Of a stretch of DNA of 64,000 nucleotides, positions 23,726 to 38,332 are shown one piece after another. The translations under genes and the position numbers were made by a program. Origin of the DNA: Perna viridis (taxonomy: Eukaryota); assembly GCA_037379345.1 (NCBI GenBank), contig CM074522.1, forward strand, positions 310,001 to 374,000, written 5' to 3'. Under the pieces are notes generated by a model, which was not told where the DNA came from, made no database searches, and was given only the letters and a program-made list of their open reading frames with translations. The number at the start of each line of letters is the position of its first letter. The first letter of the stretch is position 1.

Positions 23726-26449
23726 AATGAACATCTATTGTACAATGTAGTTCTAAATCTGTCCAGCATTTTAGACATGCAAATATTTCCTTAGCTTCAG
23801 TATTTAAAATGTCTTATACTCCAAAGAAACAGCAAATGTGTAATTGAATTTAAGTACAGATAAGTTAAAAGATGTGAAAATCTCCAACAGAAAATTTCCT
23901 ATCCACCTATTTCTAACTGTTACCAGCTGTTATTTTGTTTATGTAAATTTAGGGTGAGACCAGATATACAAATGTATTTATAACCTGAGAAGTTTGTAAT
24001 TGAATTTGGGTGGTGGTACCCTAAAATAAATGTTTGATGTCACAAATCATACTAAACTTTACATGGATCATGCCAAGCCAGATTAAAAGGTACAACATAT
24101 TCACTTCAGATTGAATCTACTTTAATTATAAAGTTTTTACTAGTTGACTGGGTATGAGGAAGATACTAAAAGTTATTTTCCAGGAGGTACAACTATTGCT
24201 ATAAACTTAATATTCCCTGAATATACATGTATAGTCAGTAAGTATTTTATTATGCCATTTGTATACTGAAAGAGACAACATACTGTATCTCAGGACCAGT
24301 AGTCACACACAGTCATATTTCGTTTTACCTTAAGGAGACAATAGGTACGCAAATCCACCTGCTGATTTGCACCGTTCATGATGTTTCTGAAGTTTGACTG
24401 AAATTTGAAATCTCTGGATTAAGTTTTGAATAACCATCAATGTAGAGAATTTCGAATGGAGTGTTAAAAACGTAGCCAGTCCCGTAAATGCAATGCAAAT
24501 TCAGTGAAATATAATTACAGTTGTGGTTAAATAGTTTCAGGGAGGGCAATAGTTAGGTAACTTTTGACCAGTCAATTGTCTTATGGTGCGTAACTTGTCA
24601 GAACAGTAAATTTATTCACATAAATTTTGTAAAGAAAATGTATACTGAGGTATAATAATATTCTGTACTGTATTCTTTTTCAGACCAACCCCATATCTCA
24701 GTAAAATGAATGATACACATAAAACTCATTCCCATCATTGGACATCTTTACTATTTAGGAATTTACATGTCACATTAATATATAGAGGTTTCTATGGAAT
24801 TTCAGTCCAGAGGCAATGACTTTACTACCTCTTCCCATCCCACCCCTGGTTGTTAATGGTACCACCTTGTCAATGTCAATAGACCTTTTATTTTAGTTTT
24901 AAACACAAGTAAAACTTATCCAATCTTTTTGAAATTTTTACATATTGTTCCTAGGAACATGGGGGAGGGCCCTATAGTTTTTGTAGGTTTTTGCTTCACC
25001 CCATATGGAAATAAGGGGCTGAAAGGGGGAAAATAGGCCTTATTTTTAGAATTGATAGAAAAAGTTAATTGATGACCTAATTTTTATGATTAAGATTTCA
25101 ATCTGTTCCTTTTGAAATTCTTTAAAGGGTAGGCTTATTCTAAACAGTGTTGGAGTTACATGTAAAGGGTACAAAATTCATCCTGGCCTAAAAAAAAATC
25201 AACTTTTTTTATTTTTGGTCCAATTTCAGTTTTTTTTTTCAAATCCATCCCATTATAAAATCTCTGCCTACATTTTTCAATCAGATTTCAGATATCACTT
25301 ACTGTTTCTTGATATAAGGGGTTTAAGGGGCCACACCCAAAAAGTCTACTTTAAATTTAATTTTTGTCCAATTTGGAAAAATTATTTTCTTATTGATTCT
25401 TTATGAAATTCCCTGCCAGCAGTTTACAATCAGATTTCAGATATATCTTTCTGTTTCTAAGTAATAAGGGGTTGAAGGGACACACCCCAAAAAATCAACT
25501 TCTTTATTTATGTTCCAATTTTGAAAAAAAATCTTTTTATTGGATTCATTTTGAAAATCTCAAATAATTCATACAAAAAGCTCAGTTTTCAGCACTTTTC
25601 ATGTGAACAAATTATGAATGAAGTTTGCATTCTGTTCTATTCTGGTAGGGGATTTTGAATTGCCATGCAATACTTTCAGTATGCTTGTTAGATTGTCTTT
25701 GTTAACAGTTCCAGTATTGGATTGTATGAGAATCAATATACCTGTAGTTCCACTAATGAGTGCATAAATTCCCATGGACAATTTGATATATCAGCTGTTA
25801 ACATTTATAGTTGATTTAAGGTAATATTTTACAAGGTAAATGATTTAACTTCCCTTTTTCTGTCACAGAATGAATCATCTCCAGTTATTCATTGGCTAGG
25901 CTGGCCTAACAGAGTATAAATATACCCTATGCAGACCTAAGTTAGGAAGGCCAAATTACGATGTATTATTTAATCATCTGTGGACTAGATAGGGTCAACA
26001 TTTTTATTACTATGTCTAATGTCATGCAAGTACTTTATAGACTAAAAATAGGATTCTAATTGACAATTACATTTTATCCAAGATTAACTTGGACTTTTTA
26101 GACACATGTTTAAAGTAAAGAACTACCTAGTGTGTTTTGTGTGCAGTCAATACCTGCCTCTCTATTTAATCATAATATTCTGGATCTTCTTGGTACAGTA
26201 TGTATAATGTACCCAAGACAAAAATGGGGATTTGACTTGAAGTTTTATGGGCTGACTTAGCTTCAAATTTATGGCTCATCAATATATGTACATGTATTTT
26301 GAAATTGAAATGCAAACACCCATTCTAACTTCCTTGCAATGCTAATCGAAGTATATGGAAATAAATGTGTTCATCTTTTAATGGCATGATATATTGATGT
26401 ATTTTTATCATGTAAAATGGTACTGATTTGACAAACTATCGATGAATGA

Positions 26450-27315
26450 GTTACATGTACAAATGTTACTTCCCTCAAGTCTGTACTGATATATCCCTTT
26501 TCTGATAACATGTACAAATGTTACTTCCCTGGAGTCTATACTGATGTCTCCCTTTTCTGATAACATGTACAAATGTTATTTCTCTCAAGTCTATACTGAT
26601 ATCTCCCTTTTCTGAAAGCATGTACGAATGTACTTCCCTCAAGTCTATACTGATATCTCCCTTTTCTGATAACATGTTCAAATGAACTTCCCTCTAGTTT
26701 ATACTGAGGTCTTCTTCTGATTACATGTACAAATGTTACTTCCCTCGAGTCTATACTGATATCTCCCTTTTCTGAAAGCATGTACGAATGTACTTCCCTC
26801 AAGTCTATACTAATATCTCCCTTTTCTGATAACATGTTCAAATGAACTTCCCTCGAGTTTATACTGAGGTCTTCTTCTGATTACATGTACAAATGTACTT
26901 CCCTCAAGTTTATACTGAGGTCTCCCTATTCTGATAGCATGTACAAATGTGCTTCCCTCGAGTCTATACTGATATCTCCCTTTTCTGATAACATGTACAA
27001 ATGTGCTTCCCTCGAGTCTATACTGATATCTTCCTTCTCTGATAACATGTACAAATGTACTTCCCAATAGTCTATACTGAGGTCTCCTTCTGATAACATG
27101 TACAAATGTACTTCCCTCGAGTTTATACTGATATCTCCCTTTTCTGATAACATGTACAAATGAACTACCCTCAAGTTTATACTGGGGTCTCCTTCTGATT
27201 TCATGTACAAATGTACATGTACTTCCCTCAAGTCTATACTGAGGTCTCCCTCTTCTGATTAAATGTATAAATGTACTTCCCTTGAGTATACTGAGGTCAA
27301 CCTCTTCTGATTTCA
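26450..27315. repeat. ~55-bp minisatellite
   Basis: catgtacaaatgtacttccctcaagtctatactgatatctcccttttctgataa, ~15 copies. Confidence 0.95.
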
Positions 27316-28744
27316 TATGATGGATTCAGAGTAGGATGGAGGACACATTTGTCATTCCCTGGGAATTCAAAAAATATATATGTTTTTGCATGAAATCTTG
27401 ATTTTTTACATATTGTACCCCCTTTTCGCCTAAAATCCTTTATCAAAATAAGAAGAATACTTTTGCAGGGTCATTTAACCCCTAAAATAATTTGATTATA
27501 CTTATTTCCACCTCTAACCTGAAAATCCACGACCTCCATGTACATGTTAACTGAGGCTGTCTATGGTGACCTTGACTGACTTTATTTTTCTCTGTTAGGT
27601 GACATTCTATTGATTTATAAAGAATTACAGATCACACATCAAAACAATTATTATCTTATAATTTATCAAGAATGATGTTTTCGGACCTCATCCTAGTGGT
27701 CACATGCCTTAAAGTTTTACAAATATGAAGGCACTGCATGAGTCATATAAAAATTTGGTTAATGACATATACAATCTAAATACAGAAATTTTCACAAATA
27801 CACAACTCAGTTCATTATTGATTAAAAATGATCTATTATCAATCGACAAAAAAATACTGATCACACAATATGATATTACATATATAAGCTGATGGATTAT
27901 CATACTATGACGCAACCACAGAGGTTACATAGGTAATACCTTGTGGTTTATTTGTAAACACAGGTAAAAGTGCATTCAGGTAATTTTGTTTACATTGGCG
28001 TATGTAGGTGTGTTATCCATGTGTTCATATGCAACAGGTTGCATGTATTGGAATTTTTAGGTCAACATATTTTGTAGGTTTACTTTCGGTGTAGATGGAC
28101 TAGTAGTGGTATTAGGTAACTATTGTTATTTTGGTTCATTTCTTAGGTACCACAGTAGTTAAGAGAATATTTTTTTTTAAATATAATAATTTAAAGTGAT
28201 ATGCTTATTGATTTGATGAATAATTTATGTTAGTCTGGATATGGAGTTATTTATCATTGTTAGCGATCATTGCGGATACAATATCTAATATTTGTGTGAA
28301 AGCTATAAGGAAGTTAAATAACATGTATGAGTATTGATTGTAGTGGTTAACTGCATTCAAAGGCATGTCGGTACTTATTATGGTGAATTATATATAACTC
28401 TTTATTGTCCTTGCCTTTCTTGATTGAAATATTTGTCTCAACCACTGGTAATGATTCCTAAGGAATTTTGACTTCTCATATTGATATATTGATGAAAGAA
28501 TGGGCAGTGCAGAGGTATATTGGATGGAAAAGAGATGGAACAAGAGGTAGGGAGCTGTGAATATAAACTTTGTACATGTTTCCTTAAGTCTAGTCAAAGT
28601 GTGATCAAATATAATTCAAAGAATCATGTTGCTTGTTTCAAATTGATCTTAGATTTTAAAATTCATATCCAAAATGCTCTCAAGTGCTCAAACTGAAATT
28701 CTAGATACAGAATCGTATAGGAATAATACCAGAAATGGATCTGG

Positions 28745-29228
28745 GCTAATCAGAATAGGACAGGAACATTATAAGGGATGGACAGGCTGATCAGAATGGG
28801 ACAGGAACACTATAAGGGATGGACAGGCTGATCAGAAAGGGACAGGAACACTATCAGGGATAAACACGCTGATCAGAATGGTACAGGAACATTAGAAGGG
28901 ATGGACAGGCAGAATGGGACAGGAAGACTATCAGGGATGTGCAGGCTGATCAGAATGGGAGAGGAACACTATCAGTGATGGACAGGCTGATCAGAATGGG
29001 ACAGGAACACTATAAGCATTTGGCATGTTTATTATAATGTGACTTTAAAGGCATCAGGGAGAGCTAATAGAATGAGACATGAATGCTATCTAGGATAGAC
29101 AACCTGTTGAGAATGGGACAGGAATGTTAGATGGGATGGCTAGCAGATCATAATGGGACAAGAACACTATTAGGGATGAACAGGCTGATCAGAATGGGAC
29201 AGGAATACCATCTGGGATGAATGGGTCA
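28745..29228. repeat. 41-bp minisatellite
   Basis: tgatcagaatgggacaggaacactataagggatggacaggc. Confidence 0.9.
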
Positions 29229-29231
29229 ATT

Positions 29232-29725
29232 TAAAGAGTAGTCAAGGGAACCAAGATTCTAGCAGAAATCAAAAGAATGTTATCAAGGGACAAAGACCAG
29301 ACATGGAAAACAAACACACACAACAAAGAACATAAAATAATCCAAATAATACATACAATATAACAAAAGTAAATGAGCAACTTAAACTCCACTAAAAACT
29401 GGGAGCATAGACCAGGTGCGCTAGTAGGGTAAGTGACCTCTGGTTTTCTAGAAACACCCACCGTATTGCTCATAAAAAGTCAAGTCCTGGTTAGACGATA
29501 GAGGAAAGGAAAACTATGACAGGTTGAATAAACCAGTACATGGTGCAGATGGATATGCTGTAACAATCCACATATTCATGATGACAGCCATGAAACTTCT
29601 GTAGTGATGACTAATCATGTAACAACATAACCCTATTCCAGAATAAGGGCAAGATTTGGCATAATGTTTGAGTTGTGATATGAACACTCCATGTGCTGAA
29701 GGAATGTTGCCACAGATTAAAGTTA
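29232..29725 (-). mobile_element. Penelope-like element 3' end (family A, copy 3)
   Basis: Reverse-complement similarity to the other copies; more decayed. Confidence 0.8.
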
Positions 29726-29774
29726 TACATGGTAGGATTTAGCTGATGTTTTGGTCAGTAATAAACTGAGTATA

Positions 29775-30910
29775 CTGGTCACAACCTTCTCTTCACTTTA
29801 TGTCATTGTATTCTTGGTCACTGCCTTCTCTTCACTTCATGTCATTATATTCATGGCCACCATGTTCTCTTTACTTTGTTGTTGTATTCTTGATCACTAC
29901 CTTCTCTTTACTTTATGTCATTGTATTCTTGGTCACCACCTTTTCTTCACTTTATGTCATTGTATTCTTGGTCACCACATTCTCTTGACTTTATGTCATT
30001 GTATTCCTGGTCACCACATTCTCTTCAATTTATATGATTGTATTCTTGGTCACCACATTCTCTTCACTTAATGTTATTGTATTCTTGGTCACCACATTCT
30101 TTTCACTTCATGTCATTGTATTCGTTGTCACCATGTTCTCTTCACTTTATGTTAATGTATTCTTGGTTACCATGTTCTTTTCACTTTATCTCATTGTATT
30201 CGTGGTCACCACATTCTCTTCACTTTATGTTATTGTATTCTTGGTCACCACATTCTTTTCACTTCATGTCATTGTATTCGTTGTCACCATGTTCTCTTCA
30301 CTTTATGTTAATGTATTCTTGGTTACCATGTTCTTTTCACTTTATCTCATTGTATTCGTGGTCACCACATTCTCTTCACTTTATGTTATTGTATTCTTGG
30401 TCACCACATTCTTTTCACTTTATCTCATTGTATTCATGGTCACCACATTCTCTTTACTTTATGTCATTGTATTCTTGGTCACCACATTCTCTTCTTTTTA
30501 TGTTATTGTATTCTTGGTCACCACATTCTTTTCACTTTATGTTATTGTATTCTTGGTCACCACATTCTTTTCACTTTATGTTATTGTATTCATTGTCACC
30601 ATGTTCTGTTCACTTCACTTTATGTTATTGTATTCTTGGTCACCACGTTCTTTTCACTTTATGTTATTGTATTCGTTGTGACCATATTTTCTTCACTTCA
30701 CTTTATGTCATTGTATTCTTGGCCACCACATTCTTTTCACTTTATGTTATTGTAGTCATTGTCACCATATTTTCTTCACTTCACTTTATGTTATTGTATT
30801 CTTGGTCACCACATTCTTTTCACTTTATGTTATTGTATTCGTTGTCACCACATTCTCTTCTATTCACTTTATGTTATTGTATTCGTGGTCACCACATTCT
30901 CTTCACTTTA
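29775..30910. repeat. 39-bp minisatellite
   Basis: ggtcaccacattctcttcactttatgttattgtattctt, ~28 copies. Confidence 0.95.
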
Positions 30911-31184
30911 TTTAATGGTACATCATAGATAACTATTTTTTTTATATAGACTACAAGTTAATTTTCAGAAACTGTTGTTCTTCAAGTATCTTATTAAACA
31001 AGAGTAAAATTGACAAATGAAGCAGCACAAATACATCAGGGAAACCAATCCCTTTTACAAAACACTTTTGTAAGAAAATTCTGTGCCCTAAACATCTCAC
31101 CAATATTTCCGCCACGTCTTTAGAGGACCACTGTTGATAGTGGTTGAAATAAGAAAGTTTTTGAAACTGGTCAGGTAGGCAACA

Positions 31185-32530
31185 TTTACTGAAACAACTA
31201 AGCCCGTACAGTGAAGTTAACTGAAACAGAACTAGCCCGTACAGTGAAGTTTACTGAAACAGAACTAGCCCGTACAGTGAAGTTTACTGAAACAGAACTA
31301 AGCCCATACAGTGAAGTTAACTGAAACAGAACTAGCCCATACAGTGAAGTTTACTGAAACAGAACTAACCCGTACAGTGAAGTGTACTGAAACAGAACTA
31401 AGCCCATACAGTGAAGTTTACTGAAACAGAACTAGCCCGTACAGTGAAGTTTACTGAAACAGAACTAGCCCGTACAGTGAAGTTAACTGAAACAGAACTA
31501 GCCCGTACAGTGAAGTTTACTGAAACAGAACTAGCCTGTACAGTGAAGTTTACTGAAACAGAACTAACCCATACAGTGTAGTTAACTGAAACAGAACTAG
31601 CCCATACAGTGAAGTTTACTGAAACAGAACTAAGCCCATACAGTGAAGTTAACTGAAACAGAACTAACCCGTACAGTGTAGTTAACTGAAACAGAACTAG
31701 CCCGTACAGTGAAGTTTACTGAAACAGAACTAACCTGTACAGTGTAGTTAACTGAAACAGAACTAGCCCGTACAGTGAAGTTTACTGAAACAGAACTAGC
31801 CCGTACAGTGAAGTTTACTGAAACAGAACTAAGCCCATACAGTGAAGTTAACTGAAACAGAACTAGCCCATACAGTGAAGTTAACTGAAACAGAACTAAC
31901 CCGTACAGTGAAGTTTACTGAAACAGAACTAACCCGTACAGTGAAGCCTTTATAGTGAAGTTAACTGAAACAGAACTAGCCTGTACAGTGAAGTTTACTG
32001 AAACAGAACTAACCCGTACAGTGTAGTTAACTGAAACAGAACTAGCCCATACAGTGAAGTTTATTGAAACAGAACTAAGCCCATACAGTGAAGTTAACTG
32101 AAACAGAACTAACCCGTACAGTGTAGTTAACTGAAACAGAACTAGCCTGTACAGTGAAGTTTACTGAAACAGAACTAACCCGTACAGTGTAGTTAACTGA
32201 AACAGAACTAGCCCGTACAGTGAAGTTTACTGAAACAGAACTAACCCGTACAGTGTAGTTAACTGAAACAGAACTAGCCTGTACAGTGAAGTTTACTGAA
32301 ACAGAACTAACCCGTACAGTGTAGTTAACTGAAACAGAACTAAGCCCATACAGTGAAGTTAACTGAAACAGAACTAGCCCATACAGTGAAGTTTACTGAA
32401 ACAGAACTAGCCCGTACAGTGAAGTTTACTGAAACAGAACTAAGCCCATACAGTGAAGTTAACTGAAACAGAACTAACCTGTACAGTGTAGTTAACTGAA
32501 ACAGAACTAACCCGTACAATGAAGTTTACT
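31185..32530. repeat. 33-bp minisatellite
   Basis: tactgaaacagaactagcccgtacagtgaagtt, ~40 copies. Confidence 0.97.
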
Positions 32531-34222
32531 TGCCATTACAATTAATGTATTAAACGAAAAAATGGCACGGAGGACAAGCTCTGTTTGCAATTTGCTCCCT
32601 AGGCCAGTTGGTAATTGCTTATTTTAACACCTACATTAATGTTCATGTTATTTAAAGTTTATATCTTGGTGTTGAATGATTGTTACACCTTTATACACCA
32701 TAGCATTGAACCCTATATTGTTGGCTAATTGTAATTTAATCAGATGTAGATTAAAGAAAGTCACTTTCAGTTAGGTAAGTAAGTCAAAGTATGGTAACTT
32801 TGTCATGTCACCTGACATTCTGGAAATCAGTTGACAAAAAACAGAAACATAATAAATATTTATTAATCGTTTTGATGTATCGAGGTACTGGTTAACAGCC
32901 TATTTACATAAGGTTTATTGTCTATGTATTAAACAAGTTAATGAATGTTCATATAAATCCAACTCCAGGCATTTCATACTGTGATCTCTGAAAGTATTTA
33001 CTATTTTGGATTTAAGTAATAGACTGCTGCATTTGTTGCATTTCACCGTATTCATTTTTTTTCATCTTGTGTGGCATAGCAGTTTGAAACAACCCTAAAT
33101 CAGAACTTTGTTAGCAATTAAAACCAATCTATACTATTTGCTTCCTAATTAGTTTCAGCATAAGAACTGACCTTAATCAAATTGCTCTTTAGTGACATCA
33201 TGATTACTATAATGAGGTCAGGGAAATAAAAATTAGTATATACAAATAACCAGTGGAATTGTGACAGTTATTTACCATTTTTAAATAGTGAGGAATATGC
33301 AACTGCTCACAACTTCTGATCATAGACAAATTTGAATTCTGCAGGGAATGAGTTTCAGAAAACCTGTTCTTTTCGTAATAGTTTTATGTTTAACAAATAG
33401 ATATAAAAGCAGATATTTTTGTTGATGATTGAATTTTGTGTATTTTGTAGATAGTCTGATACATGCAAGAAATATCAACAACCTTAGAACCCCAATAAAA
33501 AATAACGTAATTTGTCTCAGTTTAAAACCATGAAAATTAATCCCCACAAAATCACTCAAAAAAAAAATTCTAAAATCTAAACCCATGAAAATTAATGGTA
33601 CTTCAGAGTATAGAGAATTTCTCTAAGAAAATACACTGTAGTGTAATATCAAACTATTACTTGCCATATATGTTAAGAGTATAAGATTTTGTCCTTTAAT
33701 CTGTTTAATGCTATAATGGTTGACTTTTGACACTTGTGAAATGTAGAAGACATTTTATCAATGGTGCTGTTAAATGAACCATCTATTTTATGAATAACAA
33801 TTAACATGGCCAACTTCAGCTGATTTGGTCACTGTAATTAAAGGGTCATAAAACATTTTAATTTGTCACCTTGTTTGACCTTTTAAGCTCATTAATCTGT
33901 GACTATGTTGACTTGTGAAATACAAAGGAGTTGTATAGTACTCAGTTGAGTTTGTAGCTTTGGTTGTGGGCAGTTTGTCTAGGTTGATTTTATGACATTG
34001 TCTAAGTTTGTATCTCTGCATATTTAATAGTGTCTCTTGTGATTTTAAATATCTTTCTTTGGCTTTAAATAGTCCTAATTACATGTGTTGTAAGTACCTT
34101 ATAAGAATTTAAAGGGTTGGGTGGATTTTTGTTCTCAGAAAGTTAAATTCAAGCTAACTTATTTAAGAATAACAGTTGAGTGATTATTCAGGTATTTCTG
34201 ATTCTGGCTTTTTTATTTTCAG

Positions 34223-34390
34223 GCTGAAAAGTAGTGTTCATTTTATAGACTTAAACCTGACATTTGAGTGTTAACACAATAGACCATAACCTGACATTAC
34301 AGTGTTAACTTAACAGACCAAAGCCTGACATTGCAGTGTTAACACAACAGACCAAAGCCTGACATCAAAGATCTTCATTTCGACAGGAAG
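34223..34390 (+). other. Candidate non-coding internal exon containing a ~35-bp tandem repeat
   Basis: ttttttattttcAG| ... GGAAG|GTAGGA; no convincing reading frame. Confidence 0.35.
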
Positions 34391-35505
34391 GTAGGACTAC
34401 TATTCCATGTATTCATTAAATTATACTGGAAAAACAACAAATAGAATCAAAAATTGATATTACAAGGTATAAGCTTCCAGGTGGAGCCGAATCCCTCCAA
34501 CAGGTCTACTGACTGTCTAAATAATCATAGACTGTTACAGGAGCTATAACATTTTTGTACAATTTTGCTTTTCTATATTATGGGGAAATAAATTAATCTT
34601 TGTATCAAACTGTATTTCTTTGAATGTTTTTTGGGAATCATTCTGTAGTTTCTAGGTAAAATCTGTTTTCCTCTTGACGTCCAGGTCAAATATACACACT
34701 GGCTAGTGGTGTAATTGAACTATCTTTGTCAAGTCATTCAGGTCAAATTGTTGGAAATTGCTAGAAGTTTATTAGTCTGAACTACATTCTCATTGGATGA
34801 TAGATTTTTCCTTTTAAGCTGATTTTAATATTGTTCATACAAACATTTTCATCAATGGCAGATATTTTTTTTCTAAACTGTCACCCTCATTTGCAAATTG
34901 CTGCTTTGGTTATTTGGCGAACAGTTTTATCCAATCACGAGTACTCAACACAGCGCAAAATTGTACAAAGAAATTTTAATGCTGGACTGGAGCTTGTACG
35001 AATAATCCATTTGAAAAGTCTTTCAAATTTAGTTTAAAACAAAAATGGTGCTCCTGTATTTGAGGTATTTCCAGGGTGAACAGGACTCTCATTGCACTTG
35101 GATAAGATTATGTTAATGGATTCTTACTTTCATAATTGAATTTCATTCAGAGTTATTTATCTTTGCACATTTCCTGATACAGCTAATAAGTTTCCAGTGA
35201 TATTGTTTGACTGAAATATTAAGGGCTTTCCATAATGAAAGTTTCACAATTTGTTCAAATTATCCCAAATAAGATAAATTATTTCTCAATAGATAGGTAA
35301 GATACCGGATATAGTGTTTCTGTTAAATATTACACTGATTATCTATTTATTACTTGTCCTTTTTCTAACTGCAAATTCAAGATTTGTAACATTTATATTC
35401 AAATTTCTCAATCTAAAAGAATGACTTATATGTTCCCAATTTAAAGAAGATGGGGTAGTTTTGAAATAAAGCCAACAATATTAATGTATAATGACAAATT
35501 TATTT

Positions 35506-36070
35506 TAAAGAATAATCAAGGGAACCAAGGTTATAGCGGTAATCAAAAGAATGTAATCCAGGTACAAAGACCAGACATGGAAAAGAGACATACACAACAA
35601 AGAACATAAAGTAGCTAACATCATATGTACAAACTAACAAAAGTAAATGAGCAACTCGGACTCCACTAAAAATTGGGAGCATGGACCAGGTGCACCAGTA
35701 GGGTAAGCGTCCTCTGCTTTTCTAGAAACACCCGCCGAGTTGCTCATAAAAAGTCAAGTCCGGGGTAGACAAATGTGGAAAGGAAAACTATGACCCGTTG
35801 AATAAATCAGTTTTCATGGTGCTGATGGATACACCATAATGATCCATGAGTTCATGATGACGACCATAAAACTTCTGTAGTGATGACTTCAATCTTGTAG
35901 CAACATAACCCTGTTCCAGAAGCCTATTTGTTAGAGTTCTAGTGCGATACAAAAAGTCTGCGTAGTTTCGGCAAGCTCTGACATAACATATGAGTTGTAA
36001 TATGAACACTCCATATGCAGAAGCCAAAGGGATGTTGCCACAGATGAAAGGAAAGTTGACAATTCTGAAT
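35506..36070 (-). mobile_element. Penelope-like element, RT C-terminus + 3'UTR (family A, copy 4, best preserved)
   Basis: ORF 35788..36096: IVNFPFICGNIPLASAYGVFILQLICYVRACRNYADFL...QGYVATRLKSSLQKFYGRHHEL. Confidence 0.88.
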
Positions 36071-37859
36071 AAAAGATAGCAGTGTATAACAAACACTTTA
36101 CAACTTCCCTCATATTATATATAGTACTATATAGTTATAATACCCCTACTCGACAAGTGGATGATATATTGGAATTATCAATACCCCACCCAACAAATGG
36201 ATGGTGTATTGGAATCATATTGTCTATCCTGTTATTTATACCTCTGTCTGAAGCCTGGAATTCCTAATTATTTTTCCAAATAGACAGCAGAATTCCGAAT
36301 ATTATTCCAAATTCAGCTTGAAATTTTCATCCAAACCCTTAATTTTGGGCTGAAAATTCATTTTCAGTTTGGAAAAGTCAGAATACTCTATACTTAAGTT
36401 TCCGACCTAAAAGTTTGGAATCTCCTGCTGCGGGTTACCTCCATCTGAATTTCAACATTATTATTTAGGCTTCCAATGGATAAACTGATTTCAGATGGTT
36501 GTGTGGCTTTATTTAGATGCAGCATACATTGTGATTGATTTTGGGTGATCTTCTATATCAGCTTCATGTTTCATGGGACATTGCCATTTTTTAATACACA
36601 AATTTTTGTTCCGAAAATCTCGGCTGCCAATCAGCAATGGATGGAATTATTTCAAAAATTGGTGATGTGACTTTTGAATAGATGGGTAATATGTTTTAAG
36701 CAATTTTGTCATCATTTGATTTTGTCAAGCATGGGTCAAGTAAATGCATTACAATTTGGAAATTTGACTATTTTTGGCAGATCATGGCACTATGATGGCC
36801 CATAATACTCTGTAGAGGACAAGCTATTTTATCAATATTTTTAATTTTTAATATATTGTATCTTATATGTATGCTTCAATTCTTGACTTTCAGTCATTGC
36901 AAACTTTGACTTTTAAATAAAAAACATATTCAGAAAAGTAGTATAGATATTGAACTATATATTTCTCATTGAAGGTCACGACTTACTGATATTCGAATAT
37001 CAGATGACCCCCTGTAATTACTGGCTAATTTTTTGATAGTTCTGATGTTGATGTGTCAAAAATTATAAACATAATAAAACTATAAGTTATCAAATGAACA
37101 GATAAGATTTCTTATCCTAATCAAGTTGGAAATGTCAATTCATGCCTGAAGTGGGCAGAGTAATTAGACCCTATATGACTTCACACAGTGGGGAAAAATT
37201 GTCAATCAGCATGTTTTAGAATCATAGCATTAAGATTATAACAATTGTATATATTGTTTCACATAGCATTTTACACCCATACAAGAAATATAAAACTTAT
37301 GGTATGAAATAACCAATTATCAGATTTAAATGTTTTTATGATTCTTTTGTTGTGTAAAGTGACAAATGGTTGATTATTGTTAGTCAACATTTAGATAACA
37401 GCCAAGATTACTCAATGTTATTTAAATATATCATAGTGATAGCATATAGTTCCAATCAGAAATGATTCCTTGATTTTGGGGCAGAAAATTCTACATATAA
37501 CTGTAGAGGCCAAATTTTATTTGAATATTTAGTTTAATACTCCATAACAAATCTACCCTAGTTATCCTCAATATGGTAATGAAAACTATGATGAAAAAAA
37601 TTCTGGAAATCAGAAAAAAGGGCAACTAGTATTGGGTCTTGCAAAGTAACTAACATAGTGTGAACTGAACTTAATATTTTTTATTATTGATGATACTTGA
37701 TCTGTTATGATTGTTAAATAGTTTTGTGTATACAATTAATGTTAGGATTAAGATCTTTGATTCTAATGCTGCTTGTTAAAGGTTACTCCTTGAAACATGT
37801 GTAAAGAGCATATCATAACTTGCAATATTTACAATTGGTATTTTTTTTTTATGACTGAA

Positions 37860-38075
37860 TGAATTACAGCAACTACAATGATGAAAGTGAAGGGATTAAT
37901 TTTGTCTTGCCTTGAATTACAACAAGTACAATGATGATGTTCAAGGGATACATGTATATTTTGTCTTCCCTTGAGTTACAGCAAGTACAATGATGATGTT
38001 CAAGGGATAGATTTTGTCTTCCCTTGAGATACTGCAAGTACAATGATGATGGTCAAGGAATAGATTTTGTCTTCC
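37860..38075. repeat. ~52-bp tandem repeat x4
   Basis: caagtacaatgatgatgttcaagggatagattttgtcttcccttgag. Confidence 0.85.
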
Positions 38076-38332
38076 TTTGCTTAAATGGTAATAACCTAAA
38101 TAATGCTCACTCTGTTATGAATGAAGATATTTTTGTCTACGGAACAAATGCAGGACATTTGGTTCAAAGTGAAGAAGAAATGTACAGTGGACAGCATTAT
38201 GAACATCAGGCATGGATAAGATGCCTGAGAATATCATATTCATTTTTAGGTTAGATAACTCAGTGCTTATTCTTATTCAGTCAGAATAAACATAAAAACC
38301 TGAATTGCTTTATTATAAGAAGTGTATACCAA

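Noticed and set aside
26475-27316. Overlapping repetitive ORFs (also 47586-48032 and 58844-59032)
   Set aside because: Satellite translations
30034-30928. 215- and 296-aa ORFs, one resembling a membrane protein
   Set aside because: Translations of a stop-free 39-bp (13-codon) satellite; open in multiple frames with no splice context
31185-32530. CRISPR-like periodicity (also the 28-bp array)
   Set aside because: Head-to-tail units with no unique spacers, no cas genes, eukaryotic context
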